Notes under the pieces: model-generated
Databases searched by the model: none
The model's input: the letters and a program-made list of their open reading frames with translations, nothing else
What the model was told of the DNA's origin: nothing
Origin: Escherichia coli
GTDB lineage: Bacteria; Pseudomonadota; Gammaproteobacteria; Enterobacterales; Enterobacteriaceae
Strand: one strand, 5' to 3'
Assembly (NCBI RefSeq): GCF_044324875.1
Contig: NZ_CP172187.1
Length of the DNA: 64,000 nucleotides
Made by a program: the position numbers and the translations under genes
In this document: positions 29,321 through 39,284 of the stretch, piece after piece
Layout of the letters: each line of letters begins with the position of its first letter
Numbering within the stretch: the first letter of the stretch is position 1

Positions 29321-29368
29321 GAATCTGCAGTGTTTTATGACCTCATAAGTTAACTGAAGGGATATTCA

Positions 29369-29614
29369 GTGATTAATATACAAGCGGAGATAATAAAGAA
29401 TGCATACCTTTATTTTTCTTGTGCTGATAAAAATATTAACGGTGGCGGAAGCTGGAATATTACACCCATGCCAAATACGGACGTATGCGTGCAGGTTCTT
29501 CGGACAATCGAGTCACACGGAGGCAGGGGATTTGGAAATACAGGGGAATGTATTGAAGTTAAAACAAATAAACCTTTGAACAACGTGATGGATACACTGA
29601 ATGGGGGGCAATGA
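29369..29614 (+). CDS. Hypothetical small protein (81 aa)
   Basis: AT-rich ORF between traR and traC. Confidence 0.4.
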   Translation: MINIQAEIIKNAYLYFSCADKNINGGGSWNITPMPNTDVCVQVLRTIESHGGRGFGNTGECIEVKTNKPLNNVMDTLNGGQ

Positions 29615-30004
29615 GTGCTTACTGCTTCAAAGGAAAATGAAATGAAGTCGATATATTTAGAATCTGTTCTGGCTTTTATATTTGTTGGCGTTATGGCTAT
29701 GTTGATATGTGGTCTTTTTTACAATGACTACCTTGAGCAACAACCTGCAACACCAGAACAACTGAGAGAGATTACACAGGATATCCCCTGTGCAGCAGAA
29801 GCATTTAAGGAAGCTATTAAGTCTGACACATCTGATTATCAGCCTGAACCTTTAAGTCTTGGTAAGGCAAAAGAGCTTGCATCAGCGTGTAGAGAAAGAA
29901 ACGAAATGGCAGAGGTGAAACGGGTAAGAGAAAATGAGCGCAATAAGATTCGCGAAAAACAAATTCAGGCATTAAATGATGCTCATTCAGTAAAGGAACG
30001 TTAA
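29615..30004 (+). CDS. Hypothetical protein with N-terminal TM segment (129 aa)
   Basis: AT-rich ORF; alternative start ATG at 29642. Confidence 0.45.
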   Translation: MLTASKENEMKSIYLESVLAFIFVGVMAMLICGLFYNDYLEQQPATPEQLREITQDIPCAAEAFKEAIKSDTSDYQPEPLSLGKAKELASACRERNEMAEVKRVRENERNKIREKQIQALNDAHSVKER

Positions 30005-30129
30005 TCCTGGTTTCCTGTTAAAAGCCTCCATCTCTTATTTGTGCTGTGGTTTCAGGAATGGCACTGCGTGATATATCCACGGCCACAGACTGATATTTTC
30101 CTTTTTTAAACGCACTAAGGAATACGCAT

Positions 30130-32760
30130 ATGAGTAATAACCCACTTGAGGCCGTCACTCAGGCGGTTAACTCCCTCGTCACAGCACTGAAACTGCCTGA
30201 CGAATCAGCAAAGGCCAATGAAGTGCTGGGCGAAATGAGCTTCCCGCAGTTCAGCCGTCTGCTGCCGTACCGTGATTACAACCAGGAATCCGGTCTGTTC
30301 ATGAATGACACCACGATGGGCTTTATGCTGGAAGCCATTCCCATCAATGGGGCGAATAAGTCCATTGTGGAGGCACTCGATCACATGCTGCGCACCAAAC
30401 TGCCGCGCGATATTCCGTTGTGTATCCATCTGATGTCCAGTCAGCTGGTTGGTGACAGGATTGAATACGGGCTGCGTGAGTTCTCCTGGTCAGGTGAACA
30501 GGCTGAACGGTTTAACGCCATTACCCGGGCCTATTATATGAAAGCGGCAGCGACACAGTTTCCGCTGCCGGAGGGGATGAATCTGGCCCTGACCCTGCGC
30601 CATTACCGGGTGTTTATCTCGTACTGTTCTCCTTCGAAGAAAAAAAGCCGGGCCGACATTCTGGAAATGGAAAACCTGGTGAAAATCATCCGGGCGTCGT
30701 TACAGGGGGCCAGTATCACCACACAGACGGTGGATGCACAGGCCTTTATCGATATTGTCGGGGAGATGATTAACCATAACCCGGACTCCCTGTACCCGAA
30801 AAGACGTCAGCTGGACCCGTATTCTGATCTGAATTATCAGTGTGTGGAGGACAGTTTTGATCTGAAAGTCCGGGCTGATTACCTGACGCTGGGCCTGCGT
30901 GAGAACGGCAGGAACAGCACGGCCCGCATCCTGAATTTCCATCTGGCCCGTAACCCGGAAATCGCCTTCCTGTGGAACATGGCCGACAACTACAGCAACC
31001 TGCTGAACCCGGAACTGTCCATCTCCTGTCCGTTCATCCTGACGCTGACTCTGGTGGTGGAAGACCAGGTGAAAACCCACAGCGAAGCCAACCTGAAGTA
31101 CATGGACCTGGAGAAAAAGTCGAAGACCTCCTATGCCAAATGGTTTCCGTCCGTGGAGAAAGAGGCGAAGGAGTGGGGGGAACTGCGTCAGCGGCTGGGC
31201 TCCGGTCAGTCCTCCGTGGTGTCCTACTTCCTCAACATCACAGCATTCTGCAAGGACAATAATGAAACGGCGCTGAAAGTGGAGCAGGACATCCTGAACA
31301 GCTTTCGTAAAAACGGTTTTGAGCTGATTTCACCGCGCTTTAACCACATGCGCAATTTCCTGACCTGCCTGCCCTTTATGGCCGGGAAAGGGCTGTTTAA
31401 ACAGCTGAAAGAGGCCGGAGTGGTTCAGCGCGCAGAGAGCTTTAATGTGGCCAACCTGATGCCGTTAGTGGCGGATAACCCCCTGACACCGGCAGGTCTG
31501 CTGGCACCCACCTACCGTAACCAGCTGGCGTTTATCGATATTTTCTTCCGGGGGATGAATAACACCAATTACAACATGGCGGTCTGTGGCACCTCCGGGG
31601 CCGGTAAAACCGGGCTGATACAGCCACTTATCCGCAGCGTGCTGGACTCCGGGGGCTTTGCCGTGGTGTTCGACATGGGGGATGGCTACAAGTCCCTGTG
31701 TGAGAACATGGGGGGCGTATATCTGGACGGTGAAACCCTGCGCTTTAACCCGTTTGCGAACATCACCGATATTGACCAGTCAGCGGAGCGTGTCCGCGAC
31801 CAGCTGTCGGTGATGGCCAGCCCCAACGGTAACCTGGATGAAGTGCATGAAGGTCTGCTGCTGCAGGCGGTCAGGGCATCATGGCTGGCCAAAGAGAACA
31901 GGGCTCGTATTGATGACGTGGTGGATTTCCTGAAAAACGCCAGTGACAGCGAGCAGTATGCCGGGTCACCGACTATCCGCAGCCGTCTGGACGAAATGAT
32001 TGTGCTGCTTGACCAGTACACTGCCAACGGCACTTACGGCCAGTATTTTAACTCTGATGAGCCGTCCCTGCGGGATGACGCAAAAATGGTGGTGCTGGAG
32101 CTGGGCGGACTGGAAGACCGTCCGTCACTGCTGGTTGCGGTGATGTTCTCCCTGATTATCTACATCGAGAACAGGATGTACCGCACGCCGCGTAACCTCA
32201 AGAAACTGAACGTTATTGATGAAGGCTGGCGTCTGCTGGACTTCAAAAATCACAAGGTCGGTGAATTTATTGAGAAAGGCTACCGTACGGCCCGCCGTCA
32301 TACCGGTGCCTATATCACCATCACACAGAACATCGTCGACTTTGACTCTGACAAGGCCTCCAGTGCTGCCCGCGCGGCATGGGGTAACTCCTCCTACAAA
32401 ATTATCCTCAGACAGAGTGCGAAGGAGTTCGCGAAATACAACCAGCTGTATCCGGACCAGTTCCAGCCACTGCAGCGCGACATGATTGGTAAGTTTGGTG
32501 CGGCCAAAGACCAGTGGTTCAGTTCCTTCCTGCTGCAGGTGGAAAACCATTCCTCCTGGCACCGCCTGTTTGTGGACCCGTTAAGCCGCGCCATGTACAG
32601 CTCTGACGGCCCGGATTTTGAGTTTGTGCAGCAGAAACGTAAAGAGGGGCTGAGTATTCATGAGGCGGTGTGGCAGCTGGCGTGGAAGAAGTCAGGGCCG
32701 GAGATGGCTTCGCTGGAAGCCTGGCTGGAAGAACATGAGAAATACAGGAGTGTTGCATGA
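30130..32760 (+). CDS. traC: TraC, VirB4-family type IV secretion ATPase
   Basis: 876 aa with Walker A GTSGAGKTG. Confidence 0.95.
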   Translation: MSNNPLEAVTQAVNSLVTALKLPDESAKANEVLGEMSFPQFSRLLPYRDYNQESGLFMNDTTMGFMLEAIPINGANKSIVEALDHMLRTKLPRDIPLCIHLMSSQLVGDRIEYGLREFSWSGEQAERFNAITRAYYMKAAATQFPLPEGMNLALTLRHYRVFISYCSPSKKKSRADILEMENLVKIIRASLQGASITTQTVDAQAFIDIVGEMINHNPDSLYPKRRQLDPYSDLNYQCVEDSFDLKVRADYLTLGLRENGRNSTARILNFHLARNPEIAFLWNMADNYSNLLNPELSISCPFILTLTLVVEDQVKTHSEANLKYMDLEKKSKTSYAKWFPSVEKEAKEWGELRQRLGSGQSSVVSYFLNITAFCKDNNETALKVEQDILNSFRKNGFELISPRFNHMRNFLTCLPFMAGKGLFKQLKEAGVVQRAESFNVANLMPLVADNPLTPAGLLAPTYRNQLAFIDIFFRGMNNTNYNMAVCGTSGAGKTGLIQPLIRSVLDSGGFAVVFDMGDGYKSLCENMGGVYLDGETLRFNPFANITDIDQSAERVRDQLSVMASPNGNLDEVHEGLLLQAVRASWLAKENRARIDDVVDFLKNASDSEQYAGSPTIRSRLDEMIVLLDQYTANGTYGQYFNSDEPSLRDDAKMVVLELGGLEDRPSLLVAVMFSLIIYIENRMYRTPRNLKKLNVIDEGWRLLDFKNHKVGEFIEKGYRTARRHTGAYITITQNIVDFDSDKASSAARAAWGNSSYKIILRQSAKEFAKYNQLYPDQFQPLQRDMIGKFGAAKDQWFSSFLLQVENHSSWHRLFVDPLSRAMYSSDGPDFEFVQQKRKEGLSIHEAVWQLAWKKSGPEMASLEAWLEEHEKYRSVA

Positions 32761-33143
32761 CCATAACGCAAAAAACGACGGATGTTACAGCCCCCCGACG
32801 CAGCCACTGGTGGTGGACGGTGCCGGGATACCTGGCAATGGTGTTACTGAACGCAGCCATCAGTTACGGCATTGTCAGACTGAACGCACCGGTGACTGCC
32901 GCCTTCAACATGAAACAGACCGTGGATGCGTTTTTTGACAGCGCCAGTCAGAAACAACTGTCAGAAGCACAGTCAAAAGCCCTTTCAGCGCGTTTTAACA
33001 CGGCACTGGAAGCCAGCCTGCAGGCGTGGCAGCAGAAACACCACGCGGTCATTCTGGTGTCGCCTGCTGTGGTACAGGGGGCACCGGATATCACCCGGGA
33101 AATCCAGCAGGATATTGCCCGGCGAATGAGGGCGGAGCCATGA
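32757..33143 (+). CDS. trbI: TrbI
   Basis: 128 aa; start overlaps the traC stop. Confidence 0.8.
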   Translation: MTITQKTTDVTAPRRSHWWWTVPGYLAMVLLNAAISYGIVRLNAPVTAAFNMKQTVDAFFDSASQKQLSEAQSKALSARFNTALEASLQAWQQKHHAVILVSPAVVQGAPDITREIQQDIARRMRAEP

Positions 33144-33772
33144 GATGCCGGGGGCTGATTGCCCTGCTGATATGGGGGCAGAGTGTGGCCGCCGCCGATC
33201 TTGGTACCTGGGGCGATCTGTGGCCGGTAAATGAGCCGGACATGCTGACGGTGATCATGCAGCGCCTGACGGCACTGGAGCAGTCCGGTGAGATGGGCCG
33301 GAAAATGGATGCCTTTAAGGAGCGGGTGATCCGCAACAGTCTGCGGCCCCCTGCCGTGCCCGGTATCGGACGCACGGAGAAATACGGCAGCCGGTTGTTT
33401 GACCCGTCCGTCAGACTGGCTGCGGATATCCGGGATAACGAAGGGCGGGTGTTTGCCCGTCAGGGTGAAGTGATGAATCCATTGCAGTATGTTCCTTTTA
33501 ACCAGACGCTGTATTTCATCAATGGCGATGATCCGGCGCAGGTGGCCTGGATGAAACGCCAGACGCCGCCCACACTGGAGAGCAAAATTATCCTCGTGCA
33601 GGGCAGTATCCCGGAGACGCAGAAGTCTCTGGACAACCGTGTTTACTTTGACCAGAACGGTGTGCTCTGCCAGCGCCTCGGCATTGATCAGGTCCCGGCA
33701 CGGGTGAGCGCCGTTCCCGGCGATCGCTTCCTGAAGGTGGAATTTATTCCGGCAGAGGAGGGCAGAAAATGA
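33140..33772 (+). CDS. traW: TraW
   Basis: ORF-track frame 33026..33772; internal ATG at 33140 gives a 210-aa signal-peptide protein overlapping the trbI stop. Confidence 0.8.
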   Translation: MRCRGLIALLIWGQSVAAADLGTWGDLWPVNEPDMLTVIMQRLTALEQSGEMGRKMDAFKERVIRNSLRPPAVPGIGRTEKYGSRLFDPSVRLAADIRDNEGRVFARQGEVMNPLQYVPFNQTLYFINGDDPAQVAWMKRQTPPTLESKIILVQGSIPETQKSLDNRVYFDQNGVLCQRLGIDQVPARVSAVPGDRFLKVEFIPAEEGRK

Positions 33773-34761
33773 AGCGAAGCCTGTGGCTGCTGATGTTATT
33801 CCTTCTCGCCGGTCATGTCCCTGCAGCGTCTGCGGATTCTGCCTGTGAGGGGCGTTTTGTAAACCCGATCACGGATATCTGCTGGAGCTGTATTTTCCCG
33901 CTCTCGCTGGGCAGTATCAAAGTCAGTCAGGGTAAGGTCCCCGACACGGCGAACCCGTCGATGCCCATTCAGATTTGTCCGGCACCGCCGCCGCTGTTCA
34001 GGCGTATCGGGCTGGCCATTGGTTACTGGGAGCCGATGGCGCTGACGGACGTCACCCGATCACCGGGATGCATGGTTAACCTGGGCTTCAGCCTGCCGGC
34101 TTTTGGTAAAACGGCACAGGGAACGGCGAAAAAGGATGAGAAGCAGGTGAACGGGGCGTTCTATCACGTTCACTGGTACAAATACCCGCTGACGTACTGG
34201 CTTAACATCATCACATCGCTGGGCTGTCTGGAAGGTGGTGACCTGGATATCGCTTATCTTTCTGAAATCGACCCCACCTGGACGGACAGCAGCCTGACCA
34301 CCATTCTCAATCCGGAAGCTGTCATCTTTGCCAATCCGATAGCACAGGGGGCCTGTGCAGCAGATGCCATTGCCAGCGCCTTTAATATGCCTCTCGATGT
34401 TCTGTTCTGGTGTGCCGGTTCGCAGGGCAGTATGTACCCGTTCAATGGCTGGGTGAGTAATGAGTCCAGTCCGTTGCAGTCCTCCCTGCTGGTCAGTGAA
34501 CGCATGGCGTTCAAGCTGCACCGTCAGGGCATGATTATGGAAACCATCGGGAAAAATAACGCCGTCTGTAATGAATATCCGTCCCCAATCCTGCCCAAAG
34601 AACGCTGGCGTTACCAGATGGTGAATATGTACCCGGACAGCGGACAGTGCCACCCGTTCGGGCGCAGTGTGACCCGCTGGGAGACGGGAAAAAATCCGCC
34701 CAACACAAAGAAAAACTTCGGCTACCTGATGTGGCGTAAACGTAACTGTGTGTTCCTGTAA
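33769..34761 (+). CDS. traU: TraU
   Basis: 330 aa with signal peptide. Confidence 0.9.
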   Translation: MKRSLWLLMLFLLAGHVPAASADSACEGRFVNPITDICWSCIFPLSLGSIKVSQGKVPDTANPSMPIQICPAPPPLFRRIGLAIGYWEPMALTDVTRSPGCMVNLGFSLPAFGKTAQGTAKKDEKQVNGAFYHVHWYKYPLTYWLNIITSLGCLEGGDLDIAYLSEIDPTWTDSSLTTILNPEAVIFANPIAQGACAADAIASAFNMPLDVLFWCAGSQGSMYPFNGWVSNESSPLQSSLLVSERMAFKLHRQGMIMETIGKNNAVCNEYPSPILPKERWRYQMVNMYPDSGQCHPFGRSVTRWETGKNPPNTKKNFGYLMWRKRNCVFL

Positions 34762-34789
34762 GTCATGTTAATCAATAAGAGGATCGATT

Positions 34790-35101
34790 ATGAAGGTGGG
34801 GGTAATAAGAAATAAGCACGCAGAGGACTTCAGAAAAATATGTCTTCTGTTTATCCGGTTAACGAGCAATGTATTAAAACTGTTTCCTTTTGCTATGGTG
34901 ATGTGCTCTGTGGTGTGGTTTTATTTTTGCCCTGAACATATTCTCTCAGACATTGTTAACGACTGGCACGATGCAGATACACTGGAAAAAATACGGATTG
35001 TCAGACTGTATCTGAAGACGTCTTTTATTCTGACAGTGGTGGGCGTTGTTATTTCATATCTTTCTTCAGATAAGTTTATGCCCGTTAAGCGCAGGAAATG
35101 A
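34790..35101 (+). CDS. Hypothetical membrane protein (103 aa), accessory ORF between traU and trbC
   Basis: AT-rich ORF with two predicted TM helices. Confidence 0.45.
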   Translation: MKVGVIRNKHAEDFRKICLLFIRLTSNVLKLFPFAMVMCSVVWFYFCPEHILSDIVNDWHDADTLEKIRIVRLYLKTSFILTVVGVVISYLSSDKFMPVKRRK

Positions 35102-35163
35102 GTCTGGCGGTTCTCATAAATATAACCGTGTGTGCATGTGTACAATATAAGTAAAGGTGCGTT

Positions 35164-35685
35164 ATGGGATTTTTCTCGTTTTTACGAAAGATAAGTAATA
35201 AAGAAAAAGGGGTGGTTATCTATGAGAAGCAGTGGTTCTCACTGCTGGAAAAGGTGAGTGCTTTTGATGAGGTCAGACAATGGGCTGAAAGTAATGGTGG
35301 AGCATATTATCCTCTGCTGGAGTGTCGTCGGCTTACAGACAGTGAAGATGTCAGGAAATCAGAGGATATACTGAACCGACTGGAGTTTATTGACAGAAGA
35401 TTTCGGGAATTCATCAGCATTATGTCTGAACATATTAATAATGATAAAACTAAATCCATGTGGGAGAGGGAATTGTCTGAATATCCACCGGAAAAAATAT
35501 ACCAGGTCCGGAGAGAGGGAGAACATCTGTCATTAAAAAATTACGGTGATGATATTACTCTGAACAGAGATACCGCCGTGGCTACGGTGCAGATTACTGT
35601 CAGCAGAAAATGCATTACTCAGGAAGAAATGGATGAATTATATGCATTGTCTGAGAGACTGAAAGAAAAGTGCGCCGGTAATTAA
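35164..35685 (+). CDS. Hypothetical protein (173 aa), accessory ORF between traU and trbC
   Basis: AT-rich ORF; no recognised motif. Confidence 0.45.
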   Translation: MGFFSFLRKISNKEKGVVIYEKQWFSLLEKVSAFDEVRQWAESNGGAYYPLLECRRLTDSEDVRKSEDILNRLEFIDRRFREFISIMSEHINNDKTKSMWERELSEYPPEKIYQVRREGEHLSLKNYGDDITLNRDTAVATVQITVSRKCITQEEMDELYALSERLKEKCAGN

Positions 35686-35711
35686 ATTATATCACTGTGC
35701 CGGGAGATGAT

Positions 35712-36350
35712 ATGAGCCGGAAAATATTTGTACTTTTTGCCCTGACAGCAGGACTGTTTATTTCTGCCCATGCTTCGGAAAATGTGAATACACCCGAAAA
35801 CCGCCAGTTCCTGAAGCAGCAGGAAACACTGAGTCAGCAGTTACGTGAAAAACCGGACACACAGCTGCAGGCATGGGCAGAACAGCAGGTCAGGGCGAAT
35901 CCCCTTCAGCATTCCGATAACCAGTTTCTCGATGAACTGGTCCGTAAACAGCAGGCTTCGCAGGGTGATAAACCACAGCAGGGTGCCCTGTATTTTGTGT
36001 CGTTTTCCATACCCGAAGAGGGGCTGAAACGGATGCTGGGTGAAACCCGGCACTACGGTATTCCGGCCACGCTGCGGGGCATGGTGAACAACGACCTGAA
36101 GACCACCGCTGAAGCCGTGCTGTCCCTGGTGAAAGACGGCGCGACTGATGGTGTTCAGATCGACCCGACGCTGTTTTCACAGTACGGCATTCGCAGCGTT
36201 CCGGCCCTGGTGGTGTTCTGCAGCCAGGGGCACGACATCATCCGGGGAAACCTGCGCGTCAGGCAGGCGCTGGAGAAAGTGGCCGCCACAGGAGACTGCC
36301 GGCAGGTGGCTCAGGGACTGCTGGACGGCACCGGGGATAAATCGCAATAA
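35712..36350 (+). CDS. trbC: TrbC
   Basis: ORF-track frame 35697..36350; ATG at 35712 gives a 212-aa protein with signal peptide (MSRKIFVLFALTAGLFISAHA). Confidence 0.85.
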   Translation: MSRKIFVLFALTAGLFISAHASENVNTPENRQFLKQQETLSQQLREKPDTQLQAWAEQQVRANPLQHSDNQFLDELVRKQQASQGDKPQQGALYFVSFSIPEEGLKRMLGETRHYGIPATLRGMVNNDLKTTAEAVLSLVKDGATDGVQIDPTLFSQYGIRSVPALVVFCSQGHDIIRGNLRVRQALEKVAATGDCRQVAQGLLDGTGDKSQ

Positions 36351-36406
36351 GTTTACCTGCAGGCTATTACCGGATTGACCCGGACATCCGTGCACTGGTG
36401 TCCGCG

Positions 36407-36718
36407 ATGAACGTGCATGGATTTCGTACATATGCGTCCTGTCAGGGGCATGGCTTCCCTGTTACGAAACTGCCGCCTTATATCGCCTTTTCCTGTCCGG
36501 TAAAAATGGCTGCCCTTCTGGAGCAGCGACTGCGGCAGGATGCTGAATCAGCAATACCACGTCTGACATGGGGATGGTCGGTGAAGGGGACTTTTAACAG
36601 TGATTTTCAGCTTTGCTTCCGGCTTCAGCCTGAAAGCCCTCATCACTGGTATCACCGGTACTGTCGCCGCTCACTGCGTGCAGACTTCAGGACGCTGGTC
36701 CGCTTACTGAATCCGTAA
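36407..36718 (+). CDS. Hypothetical Cys/His/Trp-rich protein (start uncertain)
   Basis: ORF-track frame 36398..36718; the frame stays open upstream of the first ATG. Confidence 0.4.
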   Translation: MNVHGFRTYASCQGHGFPVTKLPPYIAFSCPVKMAALLEQRLRQDAESAIPRLTWGWSVKGTFNSDFQLCFRLQPESPHHWYHRYCRRSLRADFRTLVRLLNP

Positions 36719-36742
36719 ATCTGTTCCCGTAAGGAGGCATTG

Positions 36743-37165
36743 ATGGCGCTGACAAAGAAGCAGCGGGAAAAACTGCGTATGAAATTCGGCGGTCGTTGTG
36801 CGTACTGCGGCTGTGAACTGCCGGAAAAAGGCTGGCATGCCGACCATGTTCAGGCGGTGCTCCGCAAGTCAGAGCAGTGCATGAAGGCTGCAGAAAAGCG
36901 CATTTTCAGGCTGAAATCCACCGGTGATGTTTTCAGACCGGAGGCCGACTGTCCGGAAAACCTCGTCCCGGCCTGTGCGCCGTGCAACCTGCTGAAAACA
37001 ACATATTCGCTGGAGATGTTCAGAACGCAGGTGTCCCTGCAGGTTGAACGGGGGCGAAGAAGCAGCGTGAATTTCAGGACCGCAGAACGGTTCGGGCTGA
37101 TTCAGGTGGTGAACAAACCAGTCGTGTTCTGGTTTGAGCAATATCAGAGGGAGAGTGAGGTATGA
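36743..37165 (+). CDS. HNH endonuclease
   Basis: CAYCGCEL...HADHV...CAPCNLLK motif set; ATG at 36743 follows AAGGAGG. Confidence 0.75.
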   Translation: MALTKKQREKLRMKFGGRCAYCGCELPEKGWHADHVQAVLRKSEQCMKAAEKRIFRLKSTGDVFRPEADCPENLVPACAPCNLLKTTYSLEMFRTQVSLQVERGRRSSVNFRTAERFGLIQVVNKPVVFWFEQYQRESEV

Positions 37166-39012
37166 AACGTCTTCTGCCATTGCTGCTGGGGCTGGCAGTC
37201 AGTGTGGCACAGGCTGACAGCAACAGTGATTACCGGGCGGGTTCTGATTTTGCCCGTCAGATTCAGGGGCAGGGTACAGGCAGTATTCAGGGCTTTAAGC
37301 CACAGGAGAGTATCCCCGGCTATAACGCGAATCCGGACGAGACAAAATATTACGGTGGAGTGACTGCCGGCGGGGATGGCGGCCTGAAAAATGACGGCAC
37401 CACGGAATGGGCGACCGGTGAAACCGGAAAAACTATCACAGAGTCATTCATGAACAAGCCGAAAGACATTCTTTCACCGGATGCGCCGTTTATCCAGACC
37501 GGCAGGGATGTGGTGAACCGGGCTGACAGCATTGTGGGAAACACCGGGCAGCAGTGCAGTGCGCAGGAGATAAACCGCAGTGAATTCACAAACTATACCT
37601 GTGAGCGGGACACGATGGTGGAGGAGTACTGCACACGGACTGCCAGTATCACCGGGGACTGGAAATACACGGATGAATATCGTGAGGTGACGATACCGCA
37701 CTCACAGTTCCAGTTCAGTATGAACGGGCTGAAACTGGTGTTCAGTGTCACGGCTCCGGTAACCGGTACAGTGGAAAGTGCATCATTGTCTGTATACGCC
37801 GCTTTTTTCTTCCTGAATTCTCGTTATACCTTCATGAATTCGACGTTCAATGTTGGCCTGGTAAACGGGCAGTCGGGTACTTTCCCCTTGTCCGGGGCGA
37901 CAGGTTTGCAGGTGACACAGGGGCAGGTTCTGACCGGTAGTGGCTGTACTGCAAACGGTAATTGCCTCCCGCACGGGAACGGTGACAGGAAAGTCTATGA
38001 ATCGCTTGTCAGTGGTGCTTCCACCTTTACGCTGAAACTCAGGATGAAGGTCCGTGATAAAGAATGGGTTCCCCGGGTGGAGTGGGTGGAGAGTTGTCCG
38101 TTTAATAAAGCGGATGGCGTGCTGAAAGGCACTGAGTGTTCAGAGCCGGGGGGTACGAAAACGGGTGTGATGGAAGGTAAACCCTGGAGCATCACACAGG
38201 CATGCTGGGCATACCGGGATAAATATGTCACACAGTCCGCAGATAACGGCACCTGTCAGAAATATGTCGATAATCCGGCCTGTACGCTGGCCTCACGTCA
38301 GTGCGCGTTTTATTCCGATGAGGGAATCTGTCTGCATGAGTATGCCACGTACTCCTGCGAGTCCAGAACATCAGGAAAAGTGATGGTCTGTGGTGGTGAT
38401 GTCTTCTGCCTTGACGGTGAATGCGATAAGGCACAGAGCGGAAAAAGCAGTGATTTTGGTGAGGCTGTATCACAGCTGGCTGCGCTTGCCGCCGCAGGTA
38501 AGGATGTTGCCGCCCTGAATGGTGTGGATGTCAGGGCTTTCACGGGCGAGGCGAAATTCTGCCGTAAGGCCGCAGCCGGCTTCAGTAACTGCTGTAAGGA
38601 TGGTGGCTGGGGTCAGGATGTGGGGCTGGCGAAGTGCAACAGTGAAGAAAAGGCACTGGGAAAGGCAAAGGACAACAAACTGACGGTGAGTGTGGGCGAG
38701 TTCTGTTCGAAAAAGGTACTCGGTGTCTGCCTGCAGAAAAAGCGCAGCTACTGCCAGTTTGATTCGAAACTGGCGCAGATAGTCCAGCAGCAGGGGCGTA
38801 ACGGGCAGCTGCGTATCGGGTTTGGCAGCGCCAAAAGTCCTGACTGCCGTGGAATAACCGTGGATGAACTACAGCGTATTAAGTTCGACCAGCTGGACTT
38901 CACTAACTTCTACGAAGACCTGATGAATAACCAGAAAATCCCGGACAGTGGCGTTCTGACGCAGAAAGTGAAAGAGCAGATTGCTGACCAGCTGAAGCAG
39001 GCAGGACAATAA
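37162..39012 (+). CDS. traN: TraN, outer-membrane mating-pair stabilisation protein
   Basis: 616 aa, signal peptide, Cys-rich. Confidence 0.9.
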   Translation: MKRLLPLLLGLAVSVAQADSNSDYRAGSDFARQIQGQGTGSIQGFKPQESIPGYNANPDETKYYGGVTAGGDGGLKNDGTTEWATGETGKTITESFMNKPKDILSPDAPFIQTGRDVVNRADSIVGNTGQQCSAQEINRSEFTNYTCERDTMVEEYCTRTASITGDWKYTDEYREVTIPHSQFQFSMNGLKLVFSVTAPVTGTVESASLSVYAAFFFLNSRYTFMNSTFNVGLVNGQSGTFPLSGATGLQVTQGQVLTGSGCTANGNCLPHGNGDRKVYESLVSGASTFTLKLRMKVRDKEWVPRVEWVESCPFNKADGVLKGTECSEPGGTKTGVMEGKPWSITQACWAYRDKYVTQSADNGTCQKYVDNPACTLASRQCAFYSDEGICLHEYATYSCESRTSGKVMVCGGDVFCLDGECDKAQSGKSSDFGEAVSQLAALAAAGKDVAALNGVDVRAFTGEAKFCRKAAAGFSNCCKDGGWGQDVGLAKCNSEEKALGKAKDNKLTVSVGEFCSKKVLGVCLQKKRSYCQFDSKLAQIVQQQGRNGQLRIGFGSAKSPDCRGITVDELQRIKFDQLDFTNFYEDLMNNQKIPDSGVLTQKVKEQIADQLKQAGQ

Positions 39013-39035
39013 GGTATGGAAAATAACCGGGGGAA

Positions 39036-39284
39036 ATGATGAAGGTCATATTCACGTCGAACCGTTTTATTGATTTTCTTATCCGGCTTTTGATTACAGC
39101 GATTGTCATTTCCCCGGTAATTATCTGGTCGTGGGATACGGTAAAAGAAACCACGGCAGACGGGATGCCTGCCGCTGCTTTCGTTATCCTTTACTCCGGT
39201 GTGCTCCTGTTTATTCTGTATTTTTGTTTTTCTGCCCTGACCTGCAGAAAACCGATGAAAGAAAAAATGATGAAAGGAATGAAG
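39036..39284 (+). CDS. trbE: TrbE-like small membrane protein; reading frame continues into traF without a stop
   Basis: Upstream portion of ORF-track frame 39036..40028; no in-frame stop separates it from the traF start at 39285. Confidence 0.45.
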
